Of a stretch of DNA of 64,000 nt, positions 1 through 7,375 are shown piece by piece; the first letter of the stretch is position 1, and the number at the start of each line of letters is the position of its first letter. The translations under genes and the position numbers were made by a program. Under the pieces are notes generated by a model that searched no databases, was not told where the DNA came from, and saw nothing but the letters and a program-made list of their open reading frames with translations. The DNA lies in IMG/VR virus record IMGVR_UViG_3300029267_004155. One strand, 5' to 3'. The DNA comes from a virus (lineage: Duplodnaviria > Caudoviricetes).

Positions 1-205
1 GGGCCAGGGCGTCGTCCGGGTCGGGGTGCAGCCTGAGGACTCCGACGATCACGGCCCGCAGGTCGACCACGTGATGAACCACCAGGTCGTCCTCGCGGTC
101 GCAGATCAGGCAGGCCGGGTGCCTGTTCCTCTCCACCCATCCCGCGTAGGCGACCGAGGCCCTCGTCCTCCGCTCGATCTCGCTTGTCTGGACTCGCTTC
201 GGCAT
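1..205 (-). CDS. HNH endonuclease-like protein (partial, runs off the window start)
   Basis: Manual minus-strand translation from ATG at 205: MPKRVQTSEIERRTRASVAYAGWVEENRHPACLICDREDDLVVHHVVD. CxxC followed by LxVHH is typical of HNH N-termini. Confidence 0.55.
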   Translation of the reverse strand, partial: MPKRVQTSEIERRTRASVAYAGWVERNRHPACLICDREDDLVVHHVVDLRAVIVGVLRLHPDPDDALA

Positions 206-210
206 GGTTC

Positions 211-219
211 ATTATACGC
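211..219 (-). promoter_or_regulatory. -10-type promoter element GCGTATAAT
   Basis: Perfect TATAAT 5 nt upstream of the minus-strand ATG at 205. Related GCGTAT(A/G)(A/G)T occurs in intergenic gaps at 11568, 33275 and 45880. Confidence 0.5.
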
Positions 220-399
220 GCGGGGGACGTGGAGTCAGGAAAGCGGGACTCGCAGTTCTCCACGGGAGGTGGTCGGCGCGACCCTATGCGCGCGCGTATT
301 GCTATGTGGGGTCCATGCCCTGGGGGTTCCTGGTCGTTTTTTGTGAGAATGCTTTTATATGCGGGCTGGATGTGAGAGGCTGAGGTTTTCGCGTGGCGG

Positions 400-429
400 G
401 TGGAAAGGTTCGCTTTTTCGGCGATATGG
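400..429 (+). promoter_or_regulatory. Conserved 30-bp promoter motif, copy 1 (GTGGAAA-N13-GGCGATAT)
   Basis: Same length and spacing as seven other intergenic copies; lies upstream of RBS and ATG 472. Confidence 0.65.
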
Positions 430-471
430 GGTTGACGAGAAGGTCGTGGAAGGCCGAGAAGGAGCTTTCAG

Positions 472-733
472 ATGGCTGGCAGGGCCATTAGGCTTTATCA
501 TGGCACGTCGGACAGGCAGGCGGCGAGGATCAAGTCCGGCGGGATCGGGAACGCCACGGGAAGTCCTCAGTGGTACATGTTCTCGACCGACAGGGATGCC
601 GAAGGCGGCCTACTACGACCTGGGCGGGATAGGCGACAACGTGATACGGTACGACATGGACAAGTTCCGGAGCAGGGTCACGAAGACCGGGCACTGGGGT
701 CCGTGGGACCTGAAGACCGAGAGCGGGCTATAG
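472..733 (+). pseudogene. ADP-ribosyltransferase-like protein, apparently frameshifted near 601
   Basis: LYHGTS...I..G...WYMFSTDRDA in one frame continues naturally as KAAYYDLGG... in the 359..733 frame if one G near 601 is removed. Confidence 0.45.
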
Positions 734-803
734 GAGGTTCGGGATGGCAAGGAACGTTTTCGACAGGCCGAGCAAGAAGCGGGTGAGGGTGCCTGGGGAG
801 GAC

Positions 804-1202
804 ATGGCGATGATGGAGGAGGCGTCCGTGGCCGGCGACCTGGTCCGGCTGGCCCGGGAGCTGACGGCGGTGACCCCGAGGTTCACGGTCAGGGTGGGGC
901 GCGGATCGGCGTCGGGCAACCGCCTGTTCGAGATGTTCGCCCCTCTCAGGACCGGCGAGTACGACAAGGCCGCGATCGGCAAGATGTTCGACGACGTCGA
1001 CAAGGAGGCGAAGAGGGTGGTGAAGGCGGTGGCCTCGAAGCTGGGCGCGTCGTTCAGCCGGCTGACGCCGGCGGCGATGAGGACGTACGTCGACCCTCAG
1101 GACTTCCTGGTCGGGGGCGTGATCGAGGGCGACGTCGGGGCCGAGGACGTGGCCGACGCGTTCCAGGGCGACTCGGCCGTCCGGCAGGCATGGGTGGAAT
1201 GA
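804..1202 (+). CDS. Hypothetical protein with leader variant (SVAGDLVRLARELTA)
   Basis: RBS GGGGAGG before ATG 804; leader motif at the N-terminus. An upstream ATG at 744 is an alternative start. Confidence 0.65.
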   Translation: MAMMEEASVAGDLVRLARELTAVTPRFTVRVGRGSASGNRLFEMFAPLRTGEYDKAAIGKMFDDVDKEAKRVVKAVASKLGASFSRLTPAAMRTYVDPQDFLVGGVIEGDVGAEDVADAFQGDSAVRQAWVE

Positions 1203-1216
1203 TTTCAGGCCGGAGG

Positions 1217-1246
1217 GTGGAAAGACCTGCTCGTTCGGCAATATGA
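1217..1246 (+). promoter_or_regulatory. Conserved 30-bp promoter motif, copy 2
   Basis: GTGGAAAGACCTGCTCGTTCGGCAATATGA, upstream of RBS AAGGAG and ATG 1267. Confidence 0.7.
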
Positions 1247-1266
1247 AGTGGGAGTCGTAAGGAGTC

Positions 1267-1578
1267 ATGACGATGGACAGGAAGAAGATTGCGACGGAGC
1301 TGGTCGAGGCGGCGAAGGACCTGGCCGGGGCTCCGAGGGGCCGCGAGGCGCGCGGGACGGACGTGTCGTTCTTCGTGAAGGTGGACGACGTGTTCACGTT
1401 CCCGTCGAGGGGCGTGGGGGCGGGCCAGGTCGAGGTCCTTCAGGACATGATCGAGGGCGCGATCTGGGGTCAGAGGGCGAAGCTCCTGGCGGCCGTGAAG
1501 GCCCAGCTGAAGAAGGACGTGGCCAGGGACGAGGACTTCCGCGAGTGGATGGAGATGCACAACGTCGAGGTGAAATGA
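1267..1578 (+). CDS. Leader-bearing hypothetical protein
   Basis: MDRKKIATELVEAAKDLAG N-terminus; RBS AAGGAG. Confidence 0.8.
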   Translation: MTMDRKKIATELVEAAKDLAGAPRGREARGTDVSFFVKVDDVFTFPSRGVGAGQVEVLQDMIEGAIWGQRAKLLAAVKAQLKKDVARDEDFREWMEMHNVEVK

Positions 1579-1940
1579 TGGACGGAACGAAGGTTGCGAA
1601 GGAGCTCGTCGAGGCCGCCAGGGAGCTGACCGGGGCGTCGCTGACCAAGGAGTGGAAGAGGATGCTCCCGGGTCAGGAGTTCAAGATTCGGTGGGACTTC
1701 CGCGGGCTCGGGGCGACGGAGGCCGGGGCCATGCGCGGGCATCTCGACGACATGGAGAGGGAGGTGGCCAGGGACGTGAAGGCCATAGAGAAGGTGGCGG
1801 CGGTCTCCAAGGCGCCGTCGCCGCGCGTGGTGGTCTATCCGGGCGGCGGCTCCATCGAGATCGGCGCGGTGACGTTCGCGACGCCGGACGCCGACGTCGA
1901 CTTCGTCCGGGTCCTGGAGAGGCTCGGGTTCAGGAGGTGA
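1575..1940 (+). CDS. Leader-bearing hypothetical protein
   Basis: ATGA overlap with the previous stop; MMDGTKVAKELVEAARELTG. Confidence 0.8.
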   Translation: MMDGTKVAKELVEAARELTGASLTKEWKRMLPGQEFKIRWDFRGLGATEAGAMRGHLDDMEREVARDVKAIEKVAAVSKAPSPRVVVYPGGGSIEIGAVTFATPDADVDFVRVLERLGFRR

Positions 1941-1942
1941 GC

Positions 1943-2236
1943 ATGGACGGCAGGGAGATTGCGAGCGAGTTGGTGACGGTCGCTCGCGACCTCGTGTCCG
2001 TCGACGGGCGCCTGTCCGACGCCGTGCGGAGAAGGAACCTGCTGGAGGACGGGAGGCTCGTGAACGGCGACGACCTGGACCGGCGGGCCGGCCAGTTCTC
2101 GGCGTCCGAGAGGCGCCGGAAGGAGAAGAGGCTGGAGAGGGTCGAGGCGCTGATGCAGAAGGCGTACGACAAGATAGACGGGTCCCCGGAGCTGATCGAG
2201 GCGTACGAGGAGCGTTCGGGCGTGGCGTGGGACTGA
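1943..2236 (+). CDS. Leader-bearing hypothetical protein
   Basis: RBS AGGAGG; MDGREIASELVTVARDLVS. Confidence 0.75.
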   Translation: MDGREIASELVTVARDLVSVDGRLSDAVRRRNLLEDGRLVNGDDLDRRAGQFSASERRRKEKRLERVEALMQKAYDKIDGSPELIEAYEERSGVAWD

Positions 2237-2281
2237 CGAGGAGGTCCGCGAGTGGATGGACGACAACGGCATCGAGGTCGA

Positions 2282-3580
2282 GTGAAGGCGGAGAGGTCAT
2301 TCTTGGGCGCGTCGAGGACATCGAGGCAGACGGAGGACTACCGGCGCGTGGAGGCGCTGGTGGGCGCGCTTCGCGACGCCTTCCGCCCCCTCGGTGGCTA
2401 CGGGAAGAAGGTGGAGGCCGGGATGGTGTCCAGGCTGGCGGCGGCCGCCGCCAGGCTGGGGGACGCCATCGACTTCAAGTTCGAGGACGAGAGCAAGGAG
2501 CGGCTCTTCGAGAAGGTGGTCAGGCGCAAGCTGGGCAACTTCGAGAAGCTGCTGGCCGGGCTGTCCGGGCTCCGGACGCCGGAGGACTGGGACGCCTTCC
2601 GGAAGAGGAACGGGAGCGGGTCGAAGTCGGTCTGGGAGAAGGTGTACGATTACTCGTCGATGCTTCTCCGGGCGATAAGCTCGCTGGACGTGGAGGTGGA
2701 GGGGCACTTCGACGTCGGCGGGTGGAGCGTGGTGCAGCTGACGTCGCCGAGGGGCGACTGGTCGCGGAGCCTCGGGAACGCGCTGGACTGGGAGCTGCGG
2801 GAGGCGACGAGGAGGGTGGCGGCGGCGGGTCTCGGGGCGGTGGCCGGCGGCCGGGTGCTGGCCTATCCTGCGAAGGTGCTGCCGGGCGTGTACGGCGGCG
2901 GGGCGCTGGCCTACTACCAGAAGTCGAAGGACCTCATGGCGGTGGCGGCGGCCGGGGACCCGAGGAGGGTGGTCCGGACGCTGGTCCACGAGATGGGGCA
3001 CCGGTACTACTACCGGGTGATGGCAGGGGCCGGCAGGTCGGCGTGGGGCGAGTTCTTCGGGGCCAACGTGGGGTTGGCGGACGTGGACTCGATCATCTCC
3101 GACTGGGAGAGGTGGGCCGAGGCGAACAGCGGGGACTACTGGGTCGGGAAGTACGGGAGGTTCCTGGGGACGTACGCGGGGCACCTGGCGAAGACCGACC
3201 CGGGGAGCCTGATGTGGCTGGAGATGGTGGCGAGGGCGATAGGGATCGACGAGCCTCAGAGCTTGTCCGGGTACAAGCGGGGGGCGGTTCCCGGGCTGGA
3301 CCAGCTGAAGGCGAGGAAGGGGGAGGCGAAGGTCTTCCTCCATCCGGTGACGGCATATTCGGGGACGAGCCCGGAGGAGCTGTTCGCGGAGACGTTCGCG
3401 AACGTGGTGACGATGGGGCCGGCGAGCGTGCCGGAGATCGTGAGGGAGGCTTTCAAGAAGGCGGTGCCGAGATTCAGGGGGGCCTCCGGGGGCGGCGCGT
3501 CGAAGGTGGACGGCAGGATGGCCGCGAGCGAGCTGCTGCTCGCCGCCAGGGAGCTGGTCGCGGCCGAGGAGTCGATTTGA
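2282..3580 (+). CDS. Zincin-type metallopeptidase domain protein with C-terminal leader copy
   Basis: TLVHEMGH (HExxH) plus downstream YSGTSPEELFAETF third-ligand motif; ends VDGRMAASELLLAARELVA. Start taken as GTG 2282. Confidence 0.7.
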   Translation: MKAERSFLGASRTSRQTEDYRRVEALVGALRDAFRPLGGYGKKVEAGMVSRLAAAAARLGDAIDFKFEDESKERLFEKVVRRKLGNFEKLLAGLSGLRTPEDWDAFRKRNGSGSKSVWEKVYDYSSMLLRAISSLDVEVEGHFDVGGWSVVQLTSPRGDWSRSLGNALDWELREATRRVAAAGLGAVAGGRVLAYPAKVLPGVYGGGALAYYQKSKDLMAVAAAGDPRRVVRTLVHEMGHRYYYRVMAGAGRSAWGEFFGANVGLADVDSIISDWERWAEANSGDYWVGKYGRFLGTYAGHLAKTDPGSLMWLEMVARAIGIDEPQSLSGYKRGAVPGLDQLKARKGEAKVFLHPVTAYSGTSPEELFAETFANVVTMGPASVPEIVREAFKKAVPRFRGASGGGASKVDGRMAASELLLAARELVAAEESI

Positions 3581-4689
3581 GCCATTATCAGTCAGACAGC
3601 AGGAGGGTCAGGTTCCCGGACCCGGCCGACCAGTGGGCCGACTGGCTGACCCGCGGGCGCTACACGAAGGTCACCTACGAGGCGGTCCCGATCGCGAAGG
3701 TGCGGCACGGCAAGTGGAGCGAGGACAGGTACGAGAGGGCGCTCGCGCACATGATGGCGGGCCGCAGGCTGGACCCGGTGAGCTTGGCGAAGGTCGGCGG
3801 CGCCTACGAGGTGGCGGACGGGAACCATCGCGTGGCGGCGTCGGCGGAGATGGGGTACACCCATGTCCCGGCGCTCGTCCACGAGGAGATGGCGGAGGCG
3901 CCCCCTGGCAGCCCCCCGCCGGGGACCCGGAGGAAGATGGTGGAGGAGGAGTTCGGGACCTTCCTGAACGTGCTGAGGCGCTTCGTGCCGGCGGGGCTGG
4001 AGGTGTCCTGGAAGAGCGTGTCGGAGAACGGCTACGTGGCCGACGTGTCGTTCTGGACCCCGTGGCTGGAGGAGAAGGACTATCAGCTCGAGGTGAGGAT
4101 TCTGGGCGACGGGAGGAGGGAGGCGACGTTCAAGCGTCCCGGCGGGTCGTTCAGGAGGAGGTTCGACGAGGGAGGCCCGGAGGCGTTCGCGAGGGCCTTC
4201 GGGAAGTGGCTCGGGGATTTCGTCGAGGATCATCCGGAGTTTGACGAGCATAGGAGAGAGGCGATGGACGGAAAGAAGATTGCGAGGGAGCTTGTCGAGG
4301 CTGCTCGGGAGCTGGCGGCCGACCAGTTCGACCATCCGAGGATGGAAGAGGCGCTGGACGTGCTGACGGACGCCTCTCCCGGGCTGCACGCGTGGCTGAG
4401 GAGAAACACGCGTCTGGGTCCGTATTGGGAGATGACCTACAAGAGCCGCGCGGGCATGAGCAGCAGTCTGGACGCGGGGCTCGGGGCCGTGCAGGACTTC
4501 TACGCGAAGGAGGAGCGCATGCGCGGCGGCGACTTCTGGAAGGTGAGGGTGTACGCCAACGTTGACGGCGAGGTTATCGTGAAGTCCTCCATGGCGGGCG
4601 ACCGGTACATGTTCAAGGACGTCAAGCTCAAGTGGGCCGACCTGAAGAACCCGGCCAAGGTGTTCAGCCGGTCGAGGCTGCCGCGATAG
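3577..4689 (+). CDS. ParB/Srx-like domain protein fused in frame to a second leader-bearing domain (internal ATG 4264)
   Basis: LDPVSL...YEVADGNHRVAA...G...VPALV is the ParB N-terminal signature. Start uncertain (TTG 3577, or a frameshift from the upstream leader). MDGKKIARELVEAARELAA at 4264 has its own RBS. Confidence 0.65.
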   Translation: MSHYQSDSRRVRFPDPADQWADWLTRGRYTKVTYEAVPIAKVRHGKWSEDRYERALAHMMAGRRLDPVSLAKVGGAYEVADGNHRVAASAEMGYTHVPALVHEEMAEAPPGSPPPGTRRKMVEEEFGTFLNVLRRFVPAGLEVSWKSVSENGYVADVSFWTPWLEEKDYQLEVRILGDGRREATFKRPGGSFRRRFDEGGPEAFARAFGKWLGDFVEDHPEFDEHRREAMDGKKIARELVEAARELAADQFDHPRMEEALDVLTDASPGLHAWLRRNTRLGPYWEMTYKSRAGMSSSLDAGLGAVQDFYAKEERMRGGDFWKVRVYANVDGEVIVKSSMAGDRYMFKDVKLKWADLKNPAKVFSRSRLPR

Positions 4690-4829
4690 TCGGCGTTCGC
4701 GAGGGCCTTCGGGAAGTGGCTCGGGGATTTCGTCGAGGATCATCCGGAGTTTGACAGGAGAGGGAGGGAGTCGATGGACGGAAAGATGGTCGCGAGGGAG
4801 CTTGTCGAGGCTGCCAGGGAGCTGGCGGC
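4182..4829 (+). repeat. ~138-bp direct repeat (4182-4319 and 4692-4829) spanning upstream gene tail, RBS and leader
   Basis: GGCGTTCGCGAGGGCCTTCGGGAAGTGGCTCGGGGATTTCGTCGAGGATCATCCGGAGTTTGAC...ATGGACGGAAAG...GAGCTGGCGGC present twice, offset 510 bp. Confidence 0.9.
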
Positions 4830-5073
4830 AAGCGATCAGTTGCGGGCATTGCGCCTGTTGAACGACATTGGCGATCATCGGCTCGACATTAAGGAGGTGC
4901 GCTCTGGCGTGTTTTCGGCGACGAACCGCAGGGATGGGGTGCCGTTGGAGCTTTCGCGCACGCGAGGACGTCCGAATTGGCACAGTGAGTTCTCGTTTTC
5001 CGAGCTGGAAGATTGGATGGGCGGTCGCATGACCAAAAAGCAGTACGACCGCTATTTGGAAGCGCTGAATTGA
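4774..5073 (+). CDS. Leader-bearing hypothetical protein
   Basis: MDGKMVARELVEAARELAA; sequence after the leader is visibly more AT-rich. Confidence 0.8.
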   Translation: MDGKMVARELVEAARELAASDQLRALRLLNDIGDHRLDIKEVRSGVFSATNRRDGVPLELSRTRGRPNWHSEFSFSELEDWMGGRMTKKQYDRYLEALN

Positions 5074-5241
5074 GGAGGCCATGATGGATAGGAGAGCCAG
5101 GGGCGGGTTCATGGGCATGAAGGGCGCGACCATCTCGTGTTCCGGGACGGGCGCCGGAGGGAGTGGAAGGTTGGCCGCGACGAGCTGAGCTTCAATCGGC
5201 GCTTCTGGCTTCCGAGGAAGATCATGAGCAAGGAGATCGAC

Positions 5242-5532
5242 ATGGATGGGACGAGGATCGCGAGAGAGCTTGTCGGGGCCGCGAGGGAGCTGACGGGCGC
5301 CGTCGGGATGGACCGCGGGATAAACCCCTCGAAGTTCTGGCTCGTGCTTCATCCGACCCCGGACTCGGAGATCGGGGACGTGGTGTGGGAGACGGACCTT
5401 CACGGCTTCGGGCTCTGGGCTCGGGGCGGTGGCCCGCGGTTTTGGCTTGGGGTGGCGGCGGTGAAGGGCGACAGGGGCTCGGCCATGAGGATGGGCCAGG
5501 AGTTGCTCGACGAGCGTGACGGCATAATGTGA
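5242..5532 (+). CDS. Leader-bearing hypothetical protein
   Basis: RBS AAGGAG; MDGTRIARELVGAARELTG. The ORF is open upstream to 5137. Confidence 0.75.
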   Translation: MDGTRIARELVGAARELTGAVGMDRGINPSKFWLVLHPTPDSEIGDVVWETDLHGFGLWARGGGPRFWLGVAAVKGDRGSAMRMGQELLDERDGIM

Positions 5533-5536
5533 GGAG

Positions 5537-6064
5537 ATGGACATGGCCAGGAGGCACATCGTAACCGACATGGGTTCCGCGACGGAGTTGAGGAGCGACT
5601 CCGGGGAGACGCTGTCGATTCCGCGCTACGGGGCCTGGTCCTCGTCGGGCCGGAAGCCGCAGGTGGTCGACACGTCCGACGACCTGGGGGCGCTTCTGAG
5701 GAAGTACGACCTGACCGAGGCTGACGTGGTCAAGATGAGGGGTGCCTCCGACGACGGCGACGTGGCAGGGAGGGTGGCTGCCGGCTTTATGCCGAGAGTG
5801 GCTGGCGAGTCCCTCATCGACCTCGTGATCGACAAGAGGACCTTCTACAAGCTGGAGAGCCAGGTCGACGAGCAGACCTGGGAGCTGGCTCGCGAGGTCT
5901 ACGTCGCCCTGATGAGGGCCCTGGAGCTGGACCGGTCGCAGCACGAGGCGCTGAGCCGTCTCCGGAACAGCGTGACGGGCAGCTACTCCGAGGCGATGCA
6001 CAGGAACAACATGTTCAAGGCGGCGCACGCTCTCGGGATCAAGCTCCCGAGCGCGTCGTTCTGA
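5537..6064 (+). CDS. Two-domain hypothetical protein with internal RVAxxF motif
   Basis: RBS GAGGAG; internal linker KMRGASDDGDVAGRVAAGFMPRVAG. Confidence 0.7.
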   Translation: MDMARRHIVTDMGSATELRSDSGETLSIPRYGAWSSSGRKPQVVDTSDDLGALLRKYDLTEADVVKMRGASDDGDVAGRVAAGFMPRVAGESLIDLVIDKRTFYKLESQVDEQTWELAREVYVALMRALELDRSQHEALSRLRNSVTGSYSEAMHRNNMFKAAHALGIKLPSASF

Positions 6065-6074
6065 GGAGGCCGGC

Positions 6075-6503
6075 ATGGACAGCAAGAAGATTGCGAGAGA
6101 GTTGATCGAGGCTGCGAGGGACCTGGCCGGGGCGGAGAGGCCGAACCCGCTGGACGGCCGCACGAAGCGGTCTGCGGCGAACTTCGTGAACAAGCTGTTG
6201 CGGAAGTATGGGCAGGCCGGCATCTTCCGTAACGAAACGAGCTGGCGTCCGTTGAAGATACTGTGGGACGAGCTGCGGGACGAGGGGATACCGTTCGACC
6301 TGAAGAGCGCCGAGTACGGCATCTCCCCGTCGGGGCGGCAGATGGGCCTGGGGATGCCGGACAATAAGACCTGGAAGTTCGAGATCGAGTTCCTGAACGA
6401 CCGTGGGAGGCCGACCAGGCTGTACGGAATCGTGATAGCGTCCGGGGCCGGCACGGTGGAGGACCCGATGGGGTCGTACGACTTGAACGCCTACGTGAGC
6501 TAA
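6075..6503 (+). CDS. Leader-bearing hypothetical protein
   Basis: RBS GAGGAGG; MDSKKIARELIEAARDLAG. Confidence 0.85.
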   Translation: MDSKKIARELIEAARDLAGAERPNPLDGRTKRSAANFVNKLLRKYGQAGIFRNETSWRPLKILWDELRDEGIPFDLKSAEYGISPSGRQMGLGMPDNKTWKFEIEFLNDRGRPTRLYGIVIASGAGTVEDPMGSYDLNAYVS

Positions 6504-6515
6504 AGGAGAGCCGAG

Positions 6516-6800
6516 ATGGACGAGAAGAGGATGGCCTGGAGGGTGGCGTCGAAGGTCATGGCCGCGCGCCGCCCCGAGATAACCGGGGACCCCCGCAGGG
6601 ACCAGGGGATATGGGAGGGGATCGAGGACGGGGTCTACGAGTTGATCCAGGAGGCTTTAGAGAACGGCTTCGGGAGCATCGACAAGAGCGGGGCCCGGAA
6701 GGTGATCCGGGACGTGGCCCGGGACCACGACGCCGACCAGAAGGCGGTGGAGCACTACTTCTGGGAGGAGTATCACAACACGGAATGGCCCGAGGACTGA
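6516..6800 (+). CDS. Acidic hypothetical protein with RVA-type leader
   Basis: RBS AAGGAG; MDEKRMAWRVASKVMA. Confidence 0.75.
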   Translation: MDEKRMAWRVASKVMAARRPEITGDPRRDQGIWEGIEDGVYELIQEALENGFGSIDKSGARKVIRDVARDHDADQKAVEHYFWEEYHNTEWPED

Positions 6801-6811
6801 GGAGGTTCGAG

Positions 6812-7375
6812 ATGGGTGGCGTGAAGAGATGGCTTGAGGACACGGTGTACGCGGTGGCGGAGGCTCTCGGGGCGGACGGCGACGACGGCGACGTCTTCGA
6901 CGCGATCCATGACTGGCTGGAGGAGGAGGGCCTCGGGCCGTCGACGCCGGTCGACCGGATCGTGGCGCGGGCGAGGCGAGAGCTCCGTGGCAGGTTGAGG
7001 GGCGCGTCCTCGCCGGCGCGGGTTGAGGAAGTCCCAGCAAGGAGGGACGACATGGATGGGACGAGGATCGCGAGCGAGCTGGTGGGGGCGGCCAGGGAGT
7101 TGACGGGCGCCCCCCTTTCCGCCGAGGACGAGATGATCGACCAGGTGGGGAGGAAGATGGGCGTCGCGATGAGCGCCCTCGGAAGCGCCAGGGAGAACAT
7201 TGCCAGGGCGCTCATGTCGGCGACGTCGATCCGGACGATGGAGAAGAGGCTGGGCGTCGCGAACCCGAGGGAGCGCGCCAGGATCGAGGCTCTCGCGAAG
7301 AAGCTGGTGGTGGCGTCGGAGATGGCCGACGAGGCGCGGGAGCTGGCGGCCAGGGTGATGCAGGACTGGACATGA
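6812..7375 (+). CDS. Hypothetical protein with internal leader at 7052
   Basis: RBS GGAGG before 6812; second RBS and in-frame MDGTRIASELVGAARELTG at 7052. Confidence 0.7.
   Translation: MGGVKRWLEDTVYAVAEALGADGDDGDVFDAIHDWLEEEGLGPSTPVDRIVARARRELRGRLRGASSPARVEEVPARRDDMDGTRIASELVGAARELTGAPLSAEDEMIDQVGRKMGVAMSALGSARENIARALMSATSIRTMEKRLGVANPRERARIEALAKKLVVASEMADEARELAARVMQDWT

Noticed and set aside
229-263. GTGGAG...CTCCAC hairpin as a tRNA or ncRNA
   Set aside because: No cloverleaf or T-loop consensus; only a short stem.
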